The translations under genes and the position numbers were made by a program. The notes beneath the pieces were generated by a model. The model searched no databases and was not told where the DNA came from. It was given only the letters and a program-made list of their open reading frames with translations. Positions 55,669 through 64,000 of a DNA stretch of 64,000 nucleotides are shown piece after piece. This stretch comes from Octopus sinensis. Taxonomy: Eukaryota. The stretch covers positions 78,864,001-78,928,000 of the forward strand of contig NC_042999.1 of NCBI RefSeq assembly GCF_006345805.1, in the 5' to 3' direction. Each line of letters begins with the position of its first letter. The first letter of the stretch is position 1.

Positions 55669-56419
55669 TCGAATGACCCGTCCTTGTTTTCTTTGTATCT
55701 GTCAGCAAAAGACCATTCACAAGTCGCCATCTTAATCTTGCCGATGTCTGTAAAAATGACCTTTTAGGAAATTTTCTTTCACTTAAAACATTACGGGATA
55801 CAAAAATATCCTTTGGTAATCAAAAATAGCGGATGGCTTTCAAGCGTTCGAGCAAAATTATATAGAATGAGAAAAATGTGGCGAAAAGCAGTCTTCAAAT
55901 AGTGTCCAATTTCCGTTTTTCACATTCAAGAGATACTAAAGATTATGAAGTTCAAAACATGTTTTAGTCCTACTTCAGTACAACCCATTTTAAGTTCTAC
56001 ATAGTTTTCACAATCTATTAGGCGATGGAGATGAACTTTCTCATTTCATAATACTTGGTCGATACTTGTGTATATACTAAAGTACATTGAATTACTATAT
56101 ACCTTTCTTGCAAGGAAAACTAAGGAGAATGTTTAGAACTTAGAACTTCTCAGCTAAGCTTATCCTATTCAATTGGTAGGAGTTAAAAATGACTAGCGTA
56201 TGTAAAAATAGACGAATCATAGTGAGTCTAATTATAAATATCAACTACAATGCTACCCATCAGAACTTCTGTGAGATTGCTTTATTGAAACACTTTATTG
56301 AACACTGACGTGAAAATTTAACAAGCACGAGACATGGTTCTGGCCATTTCAACCGGTTAATTCCTTTCTTTACGTCTTTTCTCTCTTTCAATTTCTCTTC
56401 GCTTCCCACTTCCACTAAC

Positions 56420-57250
56420 CACGTGGCCAATGAGCTAACATGTTCTTTGTACACTAGTCATGGTTCTGCATACAAAATCGTCCACAAGCTTCGCTTCCGT
56501 AAAGTGTGTGCGAGATGGGTACCAAGATAGCTTACCAAAACGCATAAGCGCAATTTTGTGGAGATCTGTCGGCGCTTGATCGACTGCGACAAAGAAGGCG
56601 AAAATTGTTGGGAGAGAATAGTCACAGAAGATGGAACATGGGTCCACCACTTTGCGCCCGAATCCAATAGGTAGATTATGGAGTGGAAACACTCACAATC
56701 GTAATCGAAAAAGAAATACAAGACTCAACTTTCCGCAGAAAAAGTGATGCTAACCGTTTTTTTGGCACGCAACATTGGAACATTACCTGGAAAGGGGGCC
56801 TACTTTCACCAGTGTAGGCACTGTAAAACCAGCCATCTACACAAAATGCTGTTGCGAATCGAATCAAGTGTTGTTATTGCATAACAATGTACACCCACAT
56901 ACGGCTGCCCACACATTTGAAAGCATTGAAAAATTGGGTTTCGAGTTGTTGGAGCACGCTGCATACAAGGCAGGTCGCAACACTTCTGACAATTGCCTAT
57001 TTGGAACGCTCAAATATCCTTTATGATATCGTCAATTTGCTAGGAAGGAAAATGCGTAGGAAGAGATGCATAAATGGCTGTGTCATAATCCGAAAACTTG
57101 CTTTTTCGATGGAATAAGCAAGCTTGTGGACAGCTGGGAGAAATGCATCGAAAAGCAAGAAGACTGTCGGAAAATGATGTAATTGTTTAATCCCTGCTTT
57201 CGTTTCAATCAATTACAGGGTGCGTACAATTTTTGATCTACGCTTCTGTG
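56420..57250 (+). mobile_element. mariner (DD34D) transposon relic, multiple stops and frameshifts
   Basis: KLRFRKVCARWVPR, RIVTEDGTWVHH, KVMLTVF, LLLHNNVHPHTA, GISKLVDSWEKCIEK, then a 3' TIR-like GTGCGTACAATTTTTGATCTACGCTTC. Confidence 0.92.
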
Positions 57251-58847
57251 TATATACATGTGCCTCACATAGTATATTGTGTATCGAAATCTTGCAAGTA
57301 GGAGTCAAAATATTTCTCCCACTAGTAGTTATTAAATGTTGAAAACCGAAAGCAAGAGAGATAATTATAAGGTTATCAACTTATCCATGACATTTAGCTG
57401 AATCGAGACTAGGTAATCATTGCTTTATAGAAAGTAAATGTCGTTCGTTTCTCAACAGATTTTCTTACATAATTCTGCTTTCAAAGTGATAGGTAGGGTA
57501 TTTTAGTTCATTATTTGCAATTGCAAAAGAAAAACAATGCTTTGGTATTTTCCTTAATACAGTCATACGCATACGCACACACATGTGTATATATTCCCCA
57601 CCCCCATATAATATATATATATATATACGTGTGTATATGTGATGTACGTGTGTACTTATGTATGTGCATGCGTATATATACAACATTTTGACAGTTGGAT
57701 TCATAGGTAAATATATTGGAAAAGACAGGCGTAAATAAAAGAAATAGATAGACTATGACACAAACATGTAGATCGATCTGTGTAAATATATGTATATAAT
57801 GTTTGTATGCATATCTGTGTGTGTATGTGTGTGTATACTTGTATATGTGCCTATGTATATTCACATGCATGTATGTATGTATGTATGTATGTATGTATGT
57901 ATGTATGTAGTATGTATGTATGTATGTATGTATGTATGTATGTATGTATGTATGTATGTATGTATGTATCTGTGCATGTATGTATATATTTTTGTATGTA
58001 CGTATATGTCTTTATACACAGACAAAGAGAAGTGGGTGTGGAAAATAGAGGTGGTGAGAGGCAAATTGAGATTAGAGCAAAAATATTGATGTACCTATGT
58101 GTTCAAATGGAAGCAAACTAATTCAAAATTTCTCTTAAAAGGAGAAAGAAACCTTCTGAGATTTTGTAATTTTGTTTTTCTTTTTTGTAAAATCAAAATA
58201 GCACGAAACTTGATAAAGATTGATTGTTTAATTTTCTCTGCATAAAACAGAAACGACGCAAAATGTGTGCATTTGTATTGTTGTACATTTTGTGAGTGTA
58301 TACATGCGTGTGTTTTTGTGCTTGGAGAATAAACGGAAAGTAAAGAAGAGCAAGAGAGAGAGAGAAAGAGGAAGAGAAAGAGGGAGATGGAAAGAGAAAG
58401 CTAAAGAGAAAGAATGAAGCTTGATTCGCGCGTAAAAGCGATAGGAGGGAAAATGGCGGAATTTAGGTTTGTACCGTGTTGTGGATAGCAATTAGGCGGT
58501 GTGACTCTAATTATGGAGCTGTTGAATTGATTAAAATCAGTTGTCGTAGATTGCATTTTGTTTCAAATATATTAAATCAGGTCACAAGATGGGTTTGGTG
58601 AGCATGAGTTTGTGTGTGTATGCGTGTTTGTGTGTGTATGCGTGTTTGTGTGTGTATGCGTATGTATGTGTGCGCATGTCTATGCGGGTGTGTTTGTGCA
58701 TGCGTTTATGTGTGAGTGAATATGTGTGTTTGCTTTTTGATTTCTTTATTTTTTGTCCTTGTTTTGGTTTCGCTTTTTATTGTTTTGTTTTGTTTTGATG
58801 GTTAGAAAGTTGTGGAACGAGCTATTCAACCAAGCTTAGAATTTCAT

Positions 58848-58970
58848 TCTTCTTCTTCTTCTTCTTCTTCTTCTTCTTCTTCTTCTTCTTCTTCTTCTTC
58901 TTCTTCTTCTTCTTCTTCTTCTTCTTCTTCTCTTCTTCTTCTTTCTTCTTCTTCTTATTATTCTTCTTCT

Positions 58971-59002
<32 letters not shown>

Positions 59003-59560
59003 TTCTTCTCATTTCTTTACTCCTCCTCCTCTTACTGGTTATCATTATCATCAACTCCATCTTCATCATTACTGTCATCACCACCACCACCTGCATTATC
59101 ACTGCCATCGTCTTCTAGATAGTTATCACCATCATCATCATCATCATAACCACCACCACCACCACCACCACCACAACCACCACCACCACCACCACCACCA
59201 CCACCACCACTATCACCATCATCATCACCAACATCATCTCGATCATCATGATGATAATCGTTGTTATCGTAATCGCCATTGTCGTCGTCATCCTCCCAAT
59301 TATCATCACTGGCTGCTGTCGCCATTACTATAATTATCATCAACCCCCATCAAAGCCGTCATCTTTACCATCTCCATCGTCAGGAACATCACTAATGGCA
59401 CTAGTATTACCACCCACCTTCACTACCACAAATACCACCACCACCACCACCATCACCACCACCACTTTCATCATCACCATCATCATCATCATCATCATCA
59501 TCGTCGTCGTCGTCGTCGTCGTCGTCATCATCATCAATACCCCCCCACCACCAACAACAA
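58848..59560. repeat. (TTC)n followed by compound (CAT/CAC/CGT)n tracts
   Basis: Direct reading. Confidence 0.95.
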
Positions 59561-59699
59561 CAAACAAACAATCAAAATTATTAACATTTTTCAGTAGTCA
59601 CACAGTGACTACGTATTATCTCTACACTACCGAGCGCGTCTCTGCTAGTCTTGGTTGTATGCAGTGATTTGTTTTGGCCGTGTATTTTATTTTAATTCA

Positions 59700-60050
59700 A
59701 GACACTATATAATAAGTGAGCAATGCCTGAGCTGGGGTGGTTCATTATGTATTTCTCGGTCTGATTTTAATCATGTCCAAGGTAAATTACTATTCTAAAG
59801 ATTGTTTCTGTTTTTATTAACTGTTTTCGGGTTGTCTCTCCAGAACTTTATATCTACCTAATTTCTCCACAATTTTAAGAGGCATTACTGTCCGTTGGGA
59901 CTGATGCATCGATATGATGGATAGCTTCATTTCCAAGTGGTCCTTGACAGAGGCTCTAATCGATTAGCGCTGATCTCCCTCTCAGGGTGAACTGCGATAT
60001 CTCAGGATTTGGTCGCTTTGTTATTCTATGAGATCTTTTCTCGTGTGTTT
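59700..60050 (-). mobile_element. R4/Dong-clade LINE, restriction-like endonuclease C-terminal fragment (C)
   Basis: With frameshifts, the minus strand gives DIAVHPEREISANR...IDASVPTDSNASLKIVEKLGRYKVLE. Confidence 0.65.
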
Positions 60051-60327
60051 ATGCTGTATGTTGGTAACTAACAATACTTGTATGTCATCCTGTATACGAA
60101 AGCTCTCGATCTGTTAAGGTAGCCAGTGATGTAGTATTTCTCGGTTAAGACTGAGCATCCAAAATCGTGATTGTTCCTTCCCCTCCTCCAAATATTTTGC
60201 GCATGCTTAATATTTTCTGCTGCATTACATACTTTTTTGAGGTTTCTTATAGGAAAATATTGATAATTTGTCACTATGAAGAATCTTTTAGTCTCAGTTT
60301 TGAAACATTCCTGCTCAGCCACTGCTG

Positions 60328-61640
60328 CAATTTTCTTCATTTTCCATAGCCGGACTATTTCGTACTTAAGAGGGTTGTATTTATCTATCTTTTCACCTTC
60401 CTTCTTGACTATCCGTGGGTCAAAGGGGCATGCAACGTCAACTATACAGCATATGTGTTGCACCATGTCCACTACCACTAGGTCTGGTCTTTTATGCTCT
60501 AGCACCTGATCTGTTTGTCTTGGAAAATCCCAGAGATTTTGCTAGTCTCCGACTCTACCACTCGCTGCGGTTTGTGCTCATAACACGTCTTGCCTCTCTT
60601 TAGCCGCCACTTTTCTCACAGTTTCCAATGTAGCACTTTTGCTACCTGATCATGTCTCCACAGCTTGTAGTGGTTCTGGGCAAGTCTAGGGCTTTCGTTC
60701 ATGATATTGACAATAGCTTCATCTACTCTATTGCAGATGCTGCACAGCGAAGACTCTTGCTAATTCCTCAGGTTGACCTTCCAGTTCGTGGCCAGAGCTT
60801 GCTGCCAGTATAGTGCTCTCGGTCACTTTCTTTTAGGGTTCCTTTCATCAGCTAGGCCCACCTATTTTTCTTGAAGCTTCTGTTGTGGCTACATGTAATT
60901 GATTGTGCAGTCCCTTCTGGTGTTATTCTTCTTCGTGTTCTTTTTGTACTTATTCCTTTATCTTCCCTTTTTTCTCTACTCTCAATACTCTCTCCTTCCT
61001 AACTGTCACTAGCAAGGTTCCTTACTTTGGACTAGGTATCTCATTAAACTCTCGAGTGGATACGCATGCCGTCTTCTACACTTACCACTCACCCTCCTCT
61101 ATTGTTCTCTTTATGTTTAGGCTATCAGTGTCTGCACGTGGATGATGGACTCCATGCATCGTTAGGAGCTTTCTTGACTTCCTGTCCATCTCCTTTAACT
61201 CCGTCTCTATCCACTTCAGGATTCCGGCGCCATACCGAACTACTGCCTTTGCGCGCGAATCTATTGCCGAAATTATGTTCGTGGCATTCAGCTTTGAAGC
61301 CAATATTTTGCTTACCCGCCACGGGTACTCTCTTTTCATTTTTTCTTTAATGTCGTGGTGTTTGATTCCATCTGCTTCAAGTATACCCAGATATTTATTG
61401 TTGGATTGGGATTGAATTGCCTTCATCATTTCACCACTTGGCAACAATATGTATTCTGTCCTGGCAAGCGTTATTCGTCTCATCACCATCGTAGCACATT
61501 TTGAGAGTCCAAACTCCATCTTAATATCATTGGAGAAAATCCGCACAGACTGAGCTAGGTTGTCCCGTTCCGCCTCAGTTTTTGTGAATAGCTGCAGGTC
61601 GTCCACGAATAGCAAGTAGTTTAGTTTTCCCTTACCTCTT
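60328..61640 (-). mobile_element. R4/Dong-clade LINE fragment (B): RT domain 5 to RLE
   Basis: LNYLLFVDDLQLF...MEFGLSKC...KYLGILE...DRKSRKLL...; RLE HKRPDLVVVD...DVACPFD...EKIDKYNPLKYEI. Confidence 0.9.
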
Positions 61641-61644
61641 CTCT

Positions 61645-62710
61645 CTTGTACATCTCTACATATTCTGCAGTTACTTGTTATGTTTCTTTTTATTATATGT
61701 TTATGGTAATTTCTGCTGGGGAGACTTTGGTCTTGTACTGCAATTAAAAATCCTTCATTCACTACTTTGAGTCCTGAGCTTCTCAGCCATTGTTGGTATT
61801 TTGCTTTCTCTATTTCCTTTCTGTTTAGTTTAACTCAGCATTTGCCATGAAGGGGCTTTTCTTGCCATCGTTTAATCATATTGCGTTGCTGTACCAGTTT
61901 TAGTTTGGATTTCAGTTGTTTTACAGCTTTTGTTGTTTCTTCTTTTACTTCATAGTTGTTAGGTACTATGACTTCATTTTTTCTATTTTTTGGCTTCCTT
62001 AAAGACTGAAAACAGTTTTTGCTTTATTCGTGTTTTGTGGCTATTTGTATTAGTTTTTCTTGCTTCTAAAGTAGGTATTTCTGTACTCCTATGGTTTTTA
62101 TTTTGTAATAATTTTCTAGCCTCTGACACCTTCGACACTTTGTATATATAACCTTTCTATATAAGATTTTGGGTGGTGCATCCTAAATCCTTTTATTACT
62201 TTTCGTGTTTTCCTGTCTATTTTGATTAGTTCATTTAGAGTCCGGTTAAGAATATTGTAGCTCTAACTTATCACTGGGACAGCTTTTATCTTGTTTTTCG
62301 TATTGAGCTCTATTTTCAGTATTAATTGAACTCGTCTATAATATTTTTTGTCATATCTTCTCTTTCATTAGTTCATTGATTCCTGAGTATTTGTGTGTCT
62401 GGTTTGGGTCTAATTCTCTTATTTCATTTGCTTTTTAGGTAGATTATTCTGCACTTCTTGAGACAGAATTCCATTTTAATATCAGTGCTAAAACAGTGGA
62501 CTTTGATCACCAAGAACTCACTTGTGTCTCATCCTTGCCATACAGTTTCAAATCATCCATGAAGAGGAGTGGTTGAATATTTGGGATTTTTCCTTTAGTT
62601 GGCACCCCAGGTTCATTTACCTAAGTGCGACGGTCAGAGATATCATGCAAAGAACAAAAAGCAACGGAGATAAGCTATCACCCTGGAAAATCCCTCTGTC
62701 TGACTTTTAA
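61645..62710 (-). mobile_element. R4/Dong-clade LINE fragment (A): RT domain 4 to start of zinc finger
   Basis: GIFQGDSLSPLLF, LFMDDLKLY, IDRKTRK...HHPKSYIERLY, AVQDQSLPSRNY...NCRIC. Confidence 0.85.
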
Positions 62711-62791
62711 TACCAAGGATGAAGCATAGCGTCGGGTAGAGATTTTACATAAAACACTCACATGCTTTTGTAGTCCATACTCTCATACTTT

Positions 62792-63120
62792 TGTGGCTCA
62801 GTGGTTAGAGCGTTGGGCTCACAATCATGAGGTTGTGACTTCGATTTCCGGACCGGGGTGTGTGTTGTGTTCTTGAGCAAGACACTTTATTTCACGTTGC
62901 TCCAGTTCACTTAACTGTAGAAATGAGTTGTCATGTTACTGGTGCCAAGTTGTATCGGCCTTTACCTTTCCCTTGGATAACATCGGTAGCGAGGAGAGGG
63001 GAGGCTGGTATGCATGGGTGACTACAATCTTTCATAAACAACCGCGTCTGCACTTGTGTCTCGGTGGGTAACTTTCTAGATGCAATCCCATGGTCATTTA
63101 TGACCGAAGGTGGTCTTTCC
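62792..63120 (+). mobile_element. SINE family C, near full length
   Basis: TGGCTCAGTGGTTAGAGCG...TTCGATTTCC head, and body TTCTTGAGCAAGACACTTTATTTCACGTTGCTCCAG. Confidence 0.9.
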
Positions 63121-63329
63121 GCATTAACCTTTACATAGGGTAGAGTAATACCAAGGCGACAGTCAAGAGAGATAGCGTTCTGTGACTCGTTGCCATATTT
63201 TTAGAACAGTTTGGGAGAATGGTATGTGTACAGTTAATTGGCCAATGGTTTGAAATTGCTATTTACTGGTACGGGTTAATGAATAAAAGAAGATGATAAT
63301 GTTAAGTGCAGGTAATGCAAGCAGTTAAA

Positions 63330-63620
63330 TGAGATGGCTGACTGCTTCATCCCTAGTTGCTCGATCATTTCAAAGTCCATATTAAGAATATATTACAAGC
63401 ATGGATGTACACTCCTTTATCTCATAGCTCTGCCAGGCAGACTTTTTTCTCTTTGAGGCAATTTATATTTAGGAACTGTGCGTTGTAGGCTGTGCCAGTT
63501 AAAGAGGAATGACTGAAACTGCTTTCCCCATTTCTTCAATTAGATTTTTCTGTTTGGGAAACAGTACGTGCGTTGGTTATTGCCGCTGTTTTAGTTGTTA
63601 TCCTTAATAGTTTTGCTTAA
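63330..63620 (-). mobile_element. Possible further R4/Dong RT N-terminal remnant
   Basis: Weak resemblance on the minus strand to the LxPK and EQKGC...SYG motifs. It is co-oriented with fragment A. Confidence 0.25.
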
Positions 63621-64000
63621 ATTGTCCAAATGATATATTTCATGTCATATATTTCGTTGTTAAACACATCTTCCTGTTGAGAAGTTGGATGTTTCTTTGT
63701 TTATTCGTTTTACTATGACACGTATTCGTTTTCACTCGAAAGTTGTAGAGAGTTTCTGCGTCAAGTAGCCAATTTGTTAGCTTATGAGTCGATAAAAAAT
63801 ATATCCTTTCTCAAACGGAGTAAAATAATACAAAGAATTATATTTCGAGCCCTCTGCGTAAAACCTTCATTTTACTTGGTAAGAATCTCCGATGGTGAGG
63901 GAGCGATGCGAAAACAAATTTAATCTCATAGAAGTAATAGTTGTAGTAGTAGTAGTAGTAGCAGCAGCAGCAGCAGTAGTAGTAATAGTAGTAGTAGTAG

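Noticed and set aside
61082-61762. 226-aa ORF as a functional RT
   Set aside because: It is an in-frame fusion of two decayed R4/Dong fragments, and the flanks have stops and frameshifts.

Overview
AT-rich, microsatellite-saturated eukaryotic DNA. The repeat repertoire looks like an octopod cephalopod (Octopus); this is recognition of repeat types, not a database result. No complete host gene is present. Almost all ORFs in the six-frame track are translations of (TA)n, (CA)n, (TATC)n or trinucleotide repeats, or are transposon relics. Recognisable content: several tRNA-derived SINE families in many copies; decayed LINEs (CR1-like, Tx1/L1-like, two RTE types, and a stack of R4/Dong-like fragments); Tc1/mariner relics; MITEs; a Helitron-like element; and Penelope-type non-autonomous repeats. 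One GC-rich 101-nt + strand segment (22079-22179) looks like a real coding exon with a signal-peptide-like product. The most striking structure is a near-perfect 450-bp palindrome (40014-40463). Each arm carries an apparently intact type I hammerhead ribozyme pointing outwards. A second, minimal twin-hammerhead-like palindrome lies at 12268-12372 and a mutated hammerhead at 21731-21765. Other notable items: a Tx1 LINE sitting inside a (TATC)n tract, a SINE that has twice joined to its own family at the same internal site, and several fold-back duplications attached to (TA)n. Coordinates of decayed repeats are approximate to about 10-20 nt. SINE family letters are my own labels.
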